Assembly: GCF_030684315.1 (NCBI RefSeq)
Contig: NC_081362.1
Span: 97,323,187-97,387,186 of the forward strand
DNA length: 64,000 nucleotides
Reading direction: 5' to 3'
Source of the DNA: Stegostoma tigrinum
Lineage: Eukaryota
Shown here: piece by piece, positions 1-13,750 of the stretch
Layout of the letters: each line of letters starts with the position of its first letter
Position numbering within the stretch: position 1 is the first letter of the stretch
Program-made: the position numbers and the translations under genes
The notes under the pieces: generated by a model
What the model was told of the DNA's origin: nothing
Databases searched by the model: none
What the model saw: the letters and a program-made list of their open reading frames with translations, nothing else

Positions 1-1233
1 ATAAAAGATATTACAACAAAGGCAGGTCATTGTACCTCAGAGATGCTGCCACTTGTCCAACTCGTGAAGCAGATAAAGCTTCTGGTGATTCCTTCCATAT
101 TCCATATATGAAACCTTCCAGTGTTTCTATCTTTAACAACTCTTCCCCACTCTCTGCTCTCCTCACATCTTACATTTTTCAATTGCTGCATTTCTCTAAG
201 TTATATATTTTTCCACGGTATCTAACTGCTTGATCAAAGTGGAGTATTTTACACATTTTACCATTAAATCTCTAACTGATTGTGAGACTACTACTGATAA
301 TATTTCTGTGGTTTCATCTCTGATGCTTGTCTCAGTTACTCAGATGGATTGAGCTGTTGTGGTTTTGAGATTAAATTGATAGATGCACTCAGCTGGCTTG
401 TTAATATCCATCTCAGTAAGTTCTCACGCATCAAAAGAATGACAACATGGCCCATATTCAGAAGAAGAAAGAACTGCTTCTGACTTAAGAAGGTGCTAAA
501 ATTTCACCAAAGTTGAATGGGCACACAACTGGGTGTGGGCTGCAGCAATGGCCAACCTGCTCTTGTCAGACCAAGCCCATAGACCTTCACACGCAATGGT
601 CTGTACACATCTCTGTTCCACTTTCATATTTCAAGTGTGTTTAATATCAGACTGTGTTCCCATTGGCAATGCTTGTTGTATAAAGTAATTGGCCTGAAAG
701 TGTTACTATTGAAATTACATGGAGCTGCATTTAATCTTGTGATTTTCTGTCCAGGCCAGCATTTATTGCTCATTGCTAATTTCTCAGTGGCCAGTCAAGA
801 GCCAACCACTTTACTGTAGATCTAGAGTCACATGTAGGCCAGACCAGGTAAGGGTTCCTTAATGATACTTGTGTAAAGAGAGATCCTGGAATGAGATCTC
901 AATGGAGACAATGTTACATCCCTGGTTTTTGCTAGTCTTTGTAGTTGTTCCAAATGAGTCAATGCAACTTGCACTCAACATTATCATGCATTATTTAAGC
1001 TAAGTGCCTCTTCTTGTTCAGACTCCCTATGGGTTTATCCTTTACCACCCATTAGTTCAATAGGCTCTTAGTGTCAGCATGTAAAGGAAGGACGAGGGTT
1101 CCTGTGGTGGAATAGAAGCATCCAGGTGTCTGAACCAGGAGGCTCAGGGTCAAGGCCCTCCTATGCCAAATAGGTGCCATAATATGTCTCAACAGGTTGG
1201 CTACAATCACTGTAAAGGAGGCATGGTAGCAGA

Positions 1234-1370
1234 ATAGAAACTGAAAGAACTGTGGGTGCTGAAAATCAGAAACAAAAACAGGAACTGCTGGAAAAACTCA
1301 GCAGGTCTGGCAGCACCTGTGGAGGGAAATCAGAGTTAATGATTTGGGTCCAGTGACCCTTCCTCAGAAT
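1234..1370 (-). mobile_element. Short Penelope-type terminal-repeat fragment (family B), truncated at the hammerhead motif
   Basis: Matches the family seen at 8393-8692, 19300-19400 and 19900-20135. Ends at gtgacccttcctcagaa. Confidence 0.6.
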
Positions 1371-2496
1371 GGGTAGGTCTGGTAGCAGCAAATTACCAAA
1401 AGCATAAGCTGCTAGTGGTACCACAACATGCAACGTGCTGATCAGCTATGCAGTTGCTATGTTAAAGCTCACAGTGACAACAGTGGAAAAAAAATTCCAT
1501 TTGACTCAGGACAAAAACAAAACTCCCAGGAATAAAATGAGCTGCAAGTGACTAAACAGAGAAGCAGTCAGCAATTGCATGAGAAAAGCAGGTAGGTGAA
1601 AGCAGTTCTCCAGAAGGAAACTTTCACCTTGCAGGTGGTAAGACGTGCAGGAGAAACAGCAAGAGAGTGAAACCCAGTCACACTGGGAATTGACAGAGTC
1701 ACGACAGAAGGACGATCTGTGGCAGCAGTTCAGAGCTCCATGAGTAAAGTTAGAATTCCTACCTGATAAGAGGGAGCAAGTGTAAAATGACAGCAGGAAG
1801 GATCAGGTTGGAAAGGAGCAGGCTGAGACAGATGGAAGTAAAAAGGATCTAATGCTCAGCAATATTGACTGTAATCGCCATCGGGAGCTTCTCCAGAAAC
1901 AGCTACTATGTAAAGGACAAAGGCCAGAAAACCAAACAACTCCAACACCACGTTATATACAAAACTGCATTTAAGGCAGGAAGAAGAAATTAAAATCTAC
2001 ATATTGTGATGATGTTGGGACAATCTCAATTTAACCTAATATTATTATTAATGGGAAGAATTATCAATGGAACAGCCCAAGATGTTTGTTTTAGAAATTG
2101 TGTATTATGGCTTAGATCGTGAAAGGTGAGAAAGTATCTGCTGTGAAAAAGCAGAAAACATCTATCCTGGTTGCACAACTTGCAAAAGGCTTCAGAGTGA
2201 CATATTGTGAGTGAGTTATTTATTGTTATCTATATCTAGAAAGATGCGATGATAAGCGTTTTGTCACCACAATCCAGTGCCATTTGAGTTACAAAAAGAG
2301 TAAAGAGCAGTTACATAAATACTGTTCATCTTCTGGACAAGGGATCTTCAAACTCAGGTCCAGGGTTTTGCAAGGTCTCTGCGAGGTGTCCGGGACCTCA
2401 AGTCCCTGCTCTGGGTACAGCACCAGGGGCCTAACCAAGAGTGCATACTTCAGGACTACCACAGGCAGGAGTTCCTGCTTCAAGCACCATCACCAA

Positions 2497-2808
2497 GGAA
2501 CAAAGAACAAATAAAATTACAGAGCAGGAACAGGCCCTTCGGCCCTCCAAGCCTGCATTGATCGAGTTCCTCTGTCTAATCTGTCATCTATTTTCTAAGG
2601 GTCTATAACCCTTTGCTCTCTGCCCATCCATGTACCTTTCCAGATACATCTTAAAAGACACTATTGTGTCTGCGTCTACCACCTCCGCTGGCAACGCGTT
2701 CCAGGCACCCACCACCCTCTGCGTAAAGGACTTTCCACGCATATCTCCCTTAAACTTTCCTCCTCTCACTTTGAACTCATGACCCCTAGTAATTGAGTGC
2801 CCCACTCA
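2497..2808 (-). mobile_element. CR1 LINE 3' fragment
   Basis: ORF2 C-terminus TRGHEFKV...FTQRVVGAWNALP and a short 3' microsatellite tail. Same subfamily as 33094-34230. Confidence 0.85.
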
Positions 2809-3329
2809 ACCACTGCAGCCAATGACCTGTCAAGTTCTTGAGTCCACACTCTGGGCCTACGTCAACCAGGAGTTCCTGCTCCAGGAAATGGGAAACCTCA
2901 ATTTTGATCAGAAAAAGACCCATCAAGCAGCACAGAGATACAGTATTGCAATAATACACTATTTCAAGTTTTAGCAGATAGAAATGTTTCAGTAGACAAG
3001 AAAAATGCTGCATTTTTATGACATATGACATAATATATAAAAACTTGAAGAGACTCTAAGACAAGATGAAAAAAGATAATTAGAAATAACATTGTTCAAT
3101 GCAAGATTATAAACTTTAAGGTCATCAGCATTGAATATTGCAGATTCATTAAATCTTTGAAGAAAGTGGAGAAGACAGCATGGAGAAGCTACAGGTGAAA
3201 AACAGCATTAATGTAGTTAGAATAAGTAGTTTCATTATGAAGAAATGGCAGGAGGAATAATGATATCACAAAGATTGAGTATTAATGGTGGGCAAACAGA
3301 ACATGTGTTTGGGCTGGCAACTGAGGAGT

Positions 3330-4445
3330 AACATTTACATCACACATCTGCCAGTCTATAGCCATCTCCAATAAGAGACAATCTAACTACTGACCCTTGA
3401 CATTCACTGGTGTTACCATCACTGAATCCCCCACTATCAACACCCAGGAGGTTATCATTGACCAGAAACTCAGCTGGACTCACCACACAAATACAGTGGC
3501 TACAAGAGCAGGTCAGAAGTTTGGAATCCTGCTGTGAGTAACTTACCTCCTGACTCCCCAAAGCCTGTCCACCATCTACAAGGCACACGTCAGGAATGTG
3601 ATGGAATACTCCCCACTTGCCTGGATGGGTGCAGCTCTAACAGCACTCAAGAAGCTCAACACCATTCAGAGCAAAGCAGCCGCTTGATTTTTTATTTATT
3701 CATTTATGGGATGAGGGCATCGCTGGCCGGGCAGCATTTATTGCCCATCACTAATTGCACAGAGAGCTGTTAAGAGTAAACCACATTGCTGTTGGTCTCG
3801 AGTCACATGTAGGATAGACCAGGTAAGGATGGCAGTTTCCTTCCCTAAAGGACATTAGTGAACCAGATGGGTTTTTTTTCCCCAACAATCAGCAATGAAT
3901 TCGCAGTCATATTAGATTCTTAATTCCAGATATTTAACAAATTCAAATTCCACCATCTGCCACAGCAGGATTTGAACCCAGGTCCCCAGAACATTATCTG
4001 GGTCTCTGGATTAACAGTCCAGCGATAATACCACTCTGCCATCACCTTCCTGATTGGCACAACATCCACAAGTATCCACTCCCTCGACACTCAGTAGCAG
4101 CAGTGTGTACTACCTACAAGATGCACTGCAGAAATTTACCAAAGACCCTCAGACGGCACCTTCCAACTAACGACTACTTCCATCTGCTAGGACAAGGGTG
4201 GCAGATACATGGGAACGCCACCCCCTGCAGGTTCCCCTCCAAGCTACTCACCACCTTGGCTTGGAAATATATCACCGTTCCTTCATTGTTGCTGGGTCAG
4301 AATCCTGGACTTTCCTCCCCAGTGGTATTATGGGTCAAACCACAGCAATTCAAGAAGGCAGCTCACCCCCACCTTCTCAAGGGCAACTAGGGATGGGCAA
4401 GAAATGCTGGCCCAGGCAGTGCTTCCCACATCCCACAAAGGGATA
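3330..4445 (+). mobile_element. Decayed L2/CR1-group LINE 3' part
   Basis: One frame reads IYKAHVRNVMEYSPLAWMG. The tail gggcaactagggatgggcaa...aaatgctggcc recurs elsewhere in the window. Interrupted by a SINE. Confidence 0.6.
3690..4050 (-). mobile_element. SINE sharing its 3' tail with the host LINE (other copies ~760-870, 17880-18100, 46850-47215, 59690-59970)
   Basis: Recurring core gagtcacatgtaggccagaccaggtaaggatggcagtttccttccctaaagg and the tail cagcatttattgcccatc. Confidence 0.65.
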
Positions 4446-4522
4446 AGAAAGTTTGGTTATCTTAAAGACAAAAATTTCAGGATGTGATATTATCTTAAAC
4501 TTAAATACTAAATATTAAGCTG

Positions 4523-7500
4523 AAATTTGCTAAGGCTATTCAGGTGGGTTTAAACTAATTCAGCAGGGGGATGGGCAACAAAATTGTAGTTCGACTATAG
4601 AAAAGGTTGAGAGTAGAGTGGTCCGAAATAAAGTTTCAGGGAAGCAAAATGGCACCGGCAAGCAAGAAGTTGGTTTGAAGTGTGTCTACCTCAATGCCAG
4701 GAGCGTCCGGAATAAGGTGGGCGAACTTGCAGCATGGGTTAGTACCTGGGACTTCGATGTTGTGGCCATTTCGGAGACATGGATAGAGCAGGGAGAGGAA
4801 TGGTTGTTGCAGGTTCCGGGATTTAGATGTTTCAGTAAGAACAGAGAAGATGGTAAATGGGGCGGAGGTGTGGTATTGTTGGTGAAGGACAGTATTACAG
4901 TTGCAGAAAGGATGTTTGGGGACTCGTCAACTGAGGTAGTATGGGCTGAGGTTAGAAACAGGAAAGGAGAGGTCACCCTGTTGGGAGTTTTCTATAGGCC
5001 TCCGAATAGTTCCAGAGATGTAGAGGAAAGGACAGCAAAGATGATTCTCTGTAGGAGTGAGAGAGACAGGGTAGTTGTCATGGGGGACTTCAACTTTCCA
5101 AATATTGACTGGGAACACTATAGTTCAAGTACTATAGATGGGTCAGTTTTTGTCCAGTGTGTGCAGGAGGGCTTCCTGACACAGTACGTAGACAGGCCAA
5201 CAAGGGGCAAAGCCACATTATATTTGGTACTGGGTAATGAGCCCGGCCAGGTGTTAGATTTGGAAGTAGGTGAGCACTTTGGAGATAGCGATCACAATTC
5301 TGTTATGTTTACTTTAGTGATGGAAAGGGATAGGCGTATACCACTGGGCAAGAGTTATAGCTGGGGGAAAGGCAATTACGATGAGATTAGGCAAGATTTA
5401 GGAAGCATAGAATGGGGAAGGAAACTGCAGGGGATGGGCACAGTAGAAATGTGGAGCTTATTCAAGGAAAAGCTCTTGTGTGTCCTAAATAAATATGTAC
5501 CTGTCAGGCAGGGAGGAAGCTGCAGAGTGCGGGATCCGTGGTTTACGAAGGAGGTGGAATCTCTGGTCAAGAGGAAGAAGAAGGCTTATGTTAGGATGAG
5601 ATGTGAAGGCTCAGTTAGGGCACTTGAGGGCTACAAGGTAGCCAGGAAAGACCTAAAGAGAGAGCTCAGAAGAGCCAGGAGGAGACATGAGAAGTTGTTG
5701 GCGGATAGGATCAGGGTAAACCCTAAGGCTTTCTATAGGTATTTAAGGAATAAAAGAATGACGAAAGTAAGATTAGGCCCAAGCAAGGATAGTAGTGGGA
5801 AGTTGTGTGTGGAGTCAGAGGAGATAGGGGAAGCACTAAATGACTATTTTTCAACAGTATTCACTCTAGAAAATGACAATGTTGTCGAGGAGAATACTGA
5901 GATACAGGCTACTAGACTAGGTGGGATTGAGGTTCACAAGGAAGAGGTATTAGAAATCCTTCAGAAGGCGAAGATAGATAAGTCCCCTGGGCTGGATGGG
6001 ATTTATCCTCGGATCTCCTGGGAAGACAGGGAGGAGATTGCCGAGCCTTTGGCATTGATCTTTACCTCGTCATTGTCTACAGGAATAGTGCCAGATGACT
6101 GGAGGATAGCAAATGTGGTTCCCCTGTACAAGAAGGGGAGTAGAGACAACCCTGGTAATTATAGACCAGTGAGCCTTACCTCTGTTGTTGGTAAAGTGTT
6201 GGAAAAGGTTATAAGGGATAGGATTTATAATCATCTAGAAAAGAATAGATTGATTAGGGATAGTCAGCACGGTTTGTGAAGGGAAGGTCGTGCCTCACAA
6301 ACCTTATTGAGTTCTTTGAGAAGGTGACCAGACAGATAGATGAGAGTAAACCGGTTGATGTGGTGTATATGGATTTCAGCAAGGCGTTCGATAAGGTTTC
6401 CCACAATAGGCTATTGTACAAAATGCAGAGGAATGGAATTGTGGGAGATATAGCAGTTTGGATCGGAAATTAGCTTGCTGAAAGAAGACAGAGCGTGGTA
6501 GTTGATGGGAAATGTTCATCCTGGAGACCAGTTACTAGTAGTGTACCACAAGGGTCGGTGTTGGGTCCGCTGCTGTTTGTCATTTTTATAACTGACCTGG
6601 ATGAGGGCGTAGAAGGATGGGTTAGTTAATTTGCAGAGGACACTAAGGTCGGTGGAGTTGTGGATAGTGACGAAGGATGCTGTAGGTTGCAGAGAGACAT
6701 GGATGAGCTGCAGAGCTGGGCTGAGAGGTGGCAAATGGAGTTTAATGCAAACAAGTGTGAGGTGATGCACTTTGGTAGGAATAACTGGAAGGCAAAGTAC
6801 AGGGCTAATGGTAAGATTCTTAGTAGTGTAGATGAGCAGAGAGATCTCGGTGTCCATGTACACAGATCCTTGAAAGTTGCCACCCAGGTTGACAGGGCTG
6901 TTAAGAAGGCATACAGTGTTTTAGCTTTTATTAACAGAGGGATCGAGTTCCGGAACCAAGAGGTTATGGTGAAGCTGTACAAAACTCTGGCGCGGCCGCA
7001 CTTGGAGTATTGTGTACAGTTCTGGTCACCGCATTATAAGAAGGATGTGGAAGCTTTGGAAAGGGTGCAGAGGAGATTTACTTGGATGTTGCCTGGTATG
7101 GAGGGAAGGTCTTATGTGGAAAGGCTGAGGGACTTGAGGCTGTTTTCATTAGAAGAAGAAGGTTGAGAGGTGACTTAATTGAAACATATGAAATAATCAG
7201 ACGGTTAGATAGGGTGGGTAGGGAGAGCCTTTTTCCTAGGATGGTGACGGCGAGCTTGAGGGGGCATAGCTTTAAATTGAGGGGTGAAAGATATAGGACA
7301 GATGTCAGAGGTAGTTTCTTTACTCAGAGAGTAGTAAGAGAATGGAATGCTTTGCCTGCAACGGTAGTAGATTCGCCAACTTTAGGTACATTTAAGTCGT
7401 CATTGGACAAGCATATGGACGTACATGGAATAGTGTAGGTTAGATGGGCTTGGGATTGGTATGACAGGTCGGCACAACATCGAGGGCCAAAGGGCCTGTA

Positions 7501-7535
7501 CTGTGCTGTGACATTCTCTGTTTTATGTTCTATGT
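4523..7535 (+). mobile_element. CR1 LINE with near-complete ORF2 (APE endonuclease + RT), disrupted
   Basis: Motifs YLNARS, ISETW, YRPP, MGDFNFP, SDHN, NYRPVSLTS, DFSKAFD and RPHLEYCVQFWSP. Frameshift near 6275 and in-frame stops. Ends in a (ttctatg)n-like tail. Confidence 0.95.
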
Positions 7536-8392
7536 TAACTAAATATACTTTTGCCTTCAACAGGTCTCACAGCATGTGATGTTATAAATCAGCAAAATGT
7601 AAAAGAAGGCACATATAGTTTGAAAAATATTCTGACAGCCTTTGTTAATTACTTCAACCTGAGAACAAATAACGTCCTTGAAATTAAAAGCTTTCACCGA
7701 AGAGTTCATCATCTCGGGAACTTTGACCATGAAGCTTTGAAATCAGATTTTTTAAATTTAGAATTGTTGTTGAGTCTTTGTTATATTTATTATAATCTAA
7801 AGAAGATTAAAATTTGGAGAAAGCCATTCGAATTATGCTGAAAACAGATATGCGGAAGATTCACTGACATCCCTGAGAGGAGAGGGAAAATGTCGCCACA
7901 GAATTCACCAGAGAACATACAAACACTATGGACGGAAATGACAAGCCAACAGGAAGAGTGGGCTCTACAGATACAATAGTCAGTGTCAACACTATGGAAC
8001 GCAAAATGATTTACAGATACAAGCAGTGGCCAGCAATGACAAAAATAAAATGCTATCTCTGTAAAACTATTGGTCAATTCCAGAAGAAATGCAAAAGTGG
8101 GACGTTGTTAAAAAGTAGGGAAATGTTGAAAGAAGTTAATGTAGTAGAACTTCTTCCTGTGGGCGTTCGGCAATGTACCTCCATTAGAAAAGATACCTGA
8201 GGCATTGGTGATCCAACTAATTCAAATTTGACTGAACTTGTGGATTTAAATAGACATCCCATTAATGTGAAACCTGATAAAGGTATTGAGAGTCACTCTC
8301 CTATCAGATCAAACACCATGGTGAAAGAAACTAAAATTACTGTCTACGGTGACAAAACCTATGCTGCAGGTGAAAGAACTCTAAGAATATGG

Positions 8393-8692
8393 AACAAAAA
8401 CAAAGTTTCTGGAAAAGCTTAGCAGGTCTGGCGGTATCTGTGGAGGATTAAACAGAGTTAACATTTCGGATCCAGTGACCCTTCCTCAGAACTGATGGTG
8501 GCTGGGAAAACGTCAGTTTATATAAAAAGGCTATTTTCCCAGCCACCATCAGTTCTGAGGAAGGGTCACCAGACCTGAAACGTTAACTCTGTTTTCTCCT
8601 CCACGGATGCTGCCAGACCTGGTGAGCTTTTCCAACAACTTTGTTTTTGTTCCTGATTTACAGCATCTGCAGTTCTTTCAGTTCTTTTTCTC
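8393..8692. mobile_element. Fold-back Penelope-type terminal-repeat insertion (family B)
   Basis: Two inverted arms, flanked by the direct repeat AAGAATATGG at 8383-8392 and 8693-8702. Confidence 0.75.
8551..8588 (+). ncRNA. Minimal hammerhead ribozyme motif (family B)
   Basis: AGTT-CTGAGGA-A-GGGTC-ACCA-GACCT-GAAAC-GTT-AACT: stem I AGTT/AACT, conserved core, stem II and palindromic ACGT stem III. Confidence 0.65.
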
Positions 8693-8879
8693 AAGAATAT
8701 GGGTTTGCTACAAGTAGCACTACAACACAAAAGCACTGTTAGAGAATTGAAAATGCTTACACAATTCACAGCCAGCACTTCTCTTTTGAGGCTGTATATA
8801 CCTCAATCTTAACATCTTTAAAGTTGCAGGAGTTCAATTAGTTCCAGGAAGTTAGAAATGGTTAGAAATAAATCATTGC

Positions 8880-10372
8880 TATCCAACCAGTCAAGGAGCC
8901 AGAGCAAGCAGATCCTGAAGACTCAAATGTGCAGTACAACCCACCCGAGCGCGTTGTTATCCTTCTTTCAGCCTCTTCCATTGCGCGGAAGACACAAAAG
9001 TTTGAAAACACATACTAACAGATTCAGGGATAGTAGGAACTGCCAATCCTGGGGAATACGAGATAACAAGGTTTGGTTTTTCCATCCCCACCCCTGTCTG
9101 CTTTCCGGAGAGACCACTCTCTCCGTGACTCCCTTGTTCGCTCCACACTGCCCTCCAACCCCACCACACCCGGCACCTTCCCCTGCTACCGCAGGAAATG
9201 CTACACTTGCCCCCACACCTCCTCCCTCACCCCTATCCCAGGCCCCAAGATGACATTCCACATTAAGCAGAGGTTCACCTGCACTTCTGCCAATGTGGTA
9301 TACTGCATCCACTGTACCCGGTGTGGCTTCCTCTACATTGGGGAAACCAAGCGGAGGCTTGGGGACCGCTTTGCAGAACACCTCCGCTCGGTTCGCAATA
9401 AACAACTGCACCTCCCAGTCGCAAACCATTTCCACTCCCCCTCCCATTCTTTAGATGACATGTCCATCATGGGCCTCCTGCAGTGCCACAATGATGCCAC
9501 CCGAAGGTTGCAGGAACAGCAACTCATATTCCGCTTGGGAACCCTGCAGCCCAATGGTATCAATGTGGACTCACCAGCTTCAAAATCTCCCCTTCCCCCA
9601 TCACATCCCTAAACCAGCCCAGTTCGTCCCCTCCCCCCACTGCACCACACAACCAGCCCAGCTCTTCCCCTCCACCCACTGCATCCCAAAACCAGTCCAA
9701 CCTGTCTCTGCCTCCCTAACCTGTTCTTCCTCTCACCCATCCCTTCCTCCCACCCCAAGCTGCACCTCCATCTCCTACCTACTAACCTCATCCCACCTCC
9801 TTGACCTGTCCGCCTTCCCTGGACTGACCTATCCCCTCCCTACCTCCCCACCTATACTCTCCTCTCCACCTATCTTCTTTTCTCTCCATCTTCGGTCCGC
9901 CTCCCCCTCTCTCCCTATTTATTCCAGAACCCTCACCCCATCCCCCTCTCTAATGAAGGGTCTAGGCCCAAAACGTCAGCTTTTGTGCTCCTGAGATGTT
10001 GCTGGGCCTGCTGTGTTCATCCAGCCTCACATTTTATTATCTATAACAAGGTGTGCATCTGGATGAATACAGCAGGCCAAGCAGCATCAGAGGAGCAGGA
10101 AAGCTGACATTTCGGGCTTATACTCTTCTTCAGAAATCCAACAGATTCAAGAACAGCTTCTTCCCAGCTGTTATCAGCCTTGAGTGGACCTCTCATATTA
10201 GAGCTGATCTTTCTCTGCACCTTCTCTGCAGCTGTAACATTATATTCTACATTCTGTTCTATTACCCTGATGTACTTATTTATGTAAGATATGGTTTGTC
10301 TGGCTTGCACACAAAATAATTTTTTGCACTGCACCTTGATAACATATGACAATAATTAATCAAATCAAACAA
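8880..10372 (+). mobile_element. Rex1/Babar-like LINE 3' end, split by Penelope insertions
   Basis: The rejoined flanks read FQPLPLRGRHKSLKTHTNRF|KNSFFPAVI. Ends in an aatcaaatcaaa tail. Confidence 0.6.
9075..10042 (+). mobile_element. Penelope-like element, 5'-truncated (GIY-YIG endonuclease + terminal repeat)
   Basis: CTSANVVYCIHCTRCGFLYIGETKRRLGDRFAEH. TSD ATAACAAGGT at 9063-9072 and 10043-10052. Confidence 0.92.
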
Positions 10373-10724
10373 ATAATGTATTTAACTGAAACTGTTCAGA
10401 CAGTAAAACTGTCTCCTGAATAAGTTGGTACAGCAAATTCAATGATGTTCTCAGATCACAAGTTGACACAAATTCTAGGGAAATATTTAAAATCTTTTAA
10501 ATAAGAATTTGCAGCCTCAGTGACAAAGATAAAACTGAGATACAAAGATCCATTAGCAAAATAGTACAGAATAACTATTTATTATCATATGCAATTTTAC
10601 AAACAAAAAAGACTGTGAAAAGTGTTTTAAGCCACCATACCATCGCACCTGTGTTAATGACGGAAGTCAGGGATAAGAAGAGAAAAGTGAAAATTAAGAC
10701 AGTTCATCACATCGTTAGAGACAA

Positions 10725-11110
10725 GAAGGTTGAGAGGTGACTTAATAGAAACATATAAAATAATCAAAGGGTTAGATAGGGTGGATAGGGAGAGCATTTT
10801 TTCCTAGGATGGTGAAGGCGAGCACGAGGGGGCATAGCTTTAAATTGAGGGGTGAAAGATATAGGACAGATGTCAGAGGTAGTTTCTTTACTCAGAGAGT
10901 AGTAAGGGAATGGAACACTTTGCCTGCAACGGTAGTAGATTCGCCAACTTTAGGTACATTTAAGTCGTCATTGGATGAGCACATGGACGTACATGGAATA
11001 GTGTAGGTTAGATGGGCTTGAGATCGGTATGACAGGTCGGCACAACATTGAGGGCCGAAGGGCCTGTACTGTGCTGTAATGTTCTATGTTCTATGTTCTA
11101 TGTTCTATGT
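10725..11110 (+). mobile_element. CR1 LINE 3' fragment
   Basis: Nearly identical to 7157-7535, with a (gttctat)n tail. Confidence 0.9.
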
Positions 11111-13345
11111 ACATCAGTGAATTCCGTTCACACTTGAATGTCAAACAGTTTTGTGCTGCCTCCACGCCTACTTCTTTAACCGTGAGTCTAACCCATCTTC
11201 TACAGACCCCTTCTTCCGCCTCCAACACAAGTCCTCCTCCTGGACATCATCCCAAGGCCTCCTACGCTCCCTTGACCTCTTTGTACCCAACTGCCATCGA
11301 GACATCAATCACTCCAACATCTCCACCCCTCTCACCCACTCTAACCTCTCCCTCACAGAACGTGCGGCCCTCCGCTCCCTCCGCTCCAATCCAAACCGCA
11401 CCATAAAACCCGCGGACAAGGGAGGCGCAGTTGTAGTGTGGCGCACTGACCTCTACACCGTCGAGGCCAGGCGCCAGCTCTCTGACACCTCCTCCTACCA
11501 ACCCCTGGATCATGACCCCAACCTCGATTGCCAAAACATCATCTCCCAAACCGTTCACAACCTCATTACCTCAGGTGGCCTCCCACCCACAGCCTCCAAC
11601 CTTATCGTTCCCCAAACCTGCACAGCCCGCTTCTATCTCCTTCCCAAAATCCACAAACCTGACTGCTCCGGTCGACCCATTGTTTCCACCTGCTCTGCCC
11701 GACTGAACTTATCTCCACTCCATTTTCTCACCCCTGGTCCAGGAACTCCCCACCTACACCACATATGCCCTCCACCTCCTCCAAAACTTCCAATTCCCTG
11801 GTCCCTAACACCTCATCTTCACTACGGACATCCAGCTCCTATACATTGCATTCCCCATACAGATGGCCTAAAAGTCCTCCCTTTCTTCCTGTTCCGCAGG
11901 CCTGACCAATCCCCCTCCACTGACACCTCATCTGCCTAGCTGAACTCATCTTCACCCTCAACATCTTCTCTTTCAATTCTTCCCACTTGCTACAGACAAA
12001 GCGGGTGGCCATGGGTACCTGCATGGGCCCAAGCTATGCCTGCCTCTTTGTAGGTTACGTTGAAGAGCCCCTCTTCCGTACCTACATGGGTCCTCAACCC
12101 CACCTCTTCCTCCGTTACATTGATGACTGTATCGGTGCCACCCCGTGCTCCCATGAAGAGCTTGAACAGTTCATCCACTTCACCAACATCTTCCACCTCA
12201 ACCTCAATTTCACCTGGACCATCTTCGAAACCTGTCTCTCTTTCCTGGACCTCTCTGTCTCTATCTCTGGTGACCGCCTCAAAACTGATATCTATTTCTA
12301 GCTGACCAACTCCCACGGCTAACCGCACTACACCTCCTCTCACCCACCTTCCTGCAAAAATGCCATCCCCTACTCCCAATTCCTTCCAACTCCACTGCAT
12401 CTGTCCCAAGATGGGGCGTTCCACTCCTGAATATCCCAGATTTCACCTTATTTCAAAGATTGCAACATCCCCCCACTTTGGTGGTCGAAAATGGTCTCGA
12501 CCACATCTCTTCCATTTCATACACCTCAGCCCTCCCAATAAAACCAAAGGTGGAATCCCCCTTGGCCTCACATATCACCCCATTAACCTCCGGATCCAAC
12601 ATATCATCCTCCAGCACTTCCACCACCTACAATCCGACCCCACTACGAAGGATATATTTCCCTCCTCACCCCCATCTGCCATCCAGAGGGACAGATCTCT
12701 CTGCAACTTCTTCATCCGCTCCACACTCCCTTCTAGCCCCACACCCCTGGCACCTTCCCCTGCAACCGCAGGAAGTACTACGCCTGATCCCAAACCTCCC
12801 CCCTCATCCACATCCCAGGCACCAAGAAGACCTTCCACATCAAACAGATGTTCACCTGCACATCTGCCAATGTGGTATACTGCACCACTGTACACGGTGT
12901 GGCTTCCTCTACATTGGGGAAACCAAGTGGAGGTTTGGAGACCGCTTTGTGGAACACCTCTGCTCGGATTGCAACAAACAAACAACAACACTTCCCAGTC
13001 GCGAACCACTTCAACACCCCCTCCCACTCCGTGGACAACATGTCCATTCTGGGCCTCCTCCAGTGCCACAGTGACACCACCCAGAAACTGGAGGAGCAGC
13101 ACCTCAGATTCCACCCGGGCAGCCGAAAGCCTAATGGCCGAAACACGCATTTTACCAGTTTCAAAATCTCCCCAACCCTGGCGTCATCCCGTGACCAACC
13201 CTCCCTCTCATCCTCACCTCCTTGACCTGACACAACCTGTCCACCTTCTCTCCCACCTATCTGGCCCTCCCACCTCACTGACAAATCCCCGATACATCAG
13301 CTTTCTTGCTTCTCCGCAGCTTGGCCAGCTGTGTTCCTCCAGCTC
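11111..13345 (+). mobile_element. Penelope-like element with RT and GIY-YIG, frameshifted
   Basis: IKPADKGGAVVV, FYLLPKIHK, GRPIVS, AMGTCMGPSYACLF, LRYIDD, FLDL and CGFLYIGET across shifting frames. Confidence 0.92.
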
Positions 13346-13464
13346 TACACTGTGTCATTTCATACAAGAACAATTTCAGTTTGGGGAAAAGTGATCAAGA
13401 TGATGAACACTGGAATTTCTGGAAGCCACCATCGAAGAAGACACCACACCAACAAGACTTCCAC

Positions 13465-13750
13465 ACCAGGCCAGGGCTGCCACACAGAGTCAGGACCGTC
13501 ACCCCAGACTGGGACCCCCACACAGGGCGGGGACCCCTACACCGGGCCAGGATCCCCACACTGGGCCGAGAACCCCGCACCAGGCGGGTTGAGACCCCCA
13601 CACTAGGCTGAGACCCCCACACTGGGCCAGGACCCCAACACCGGGCTGAGACCTCCACACCGGGCCAGGATCTCCACACTGGGCCAAAACCTCCACACTG
13701 GGCCGGGACCTACATGCTGGGCCGGGACCCCCACACTGGGCCAGGCCCTC
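13465..13750. repeat. GC-rich minisatellite, ~19-20 bp unit (ccccacactgggccgggac-like)
   Basis: Roughly 14 imperfect tandem copies visible. Confidence 0.85.

Larger units (their letters stand above)
7540..8860 (+). mobile_element. Highly decayed Gypsy-like gag-protease remnant
   Basis: Degenerate zinc knuckle CYLCKTIGQFQKKC, gag-like FVNYFNLRTNNVLEIKSFHRR and a protease-like segment. Probably resumes at ~10380-10720. Confidence 0.5.

Noticed and set aside
4618-7438. Intact, active CR1 ORF2
   Set aside because: Frameshifts and in-frame stops, a KFADD-to-*FAED change, and no ORF1.
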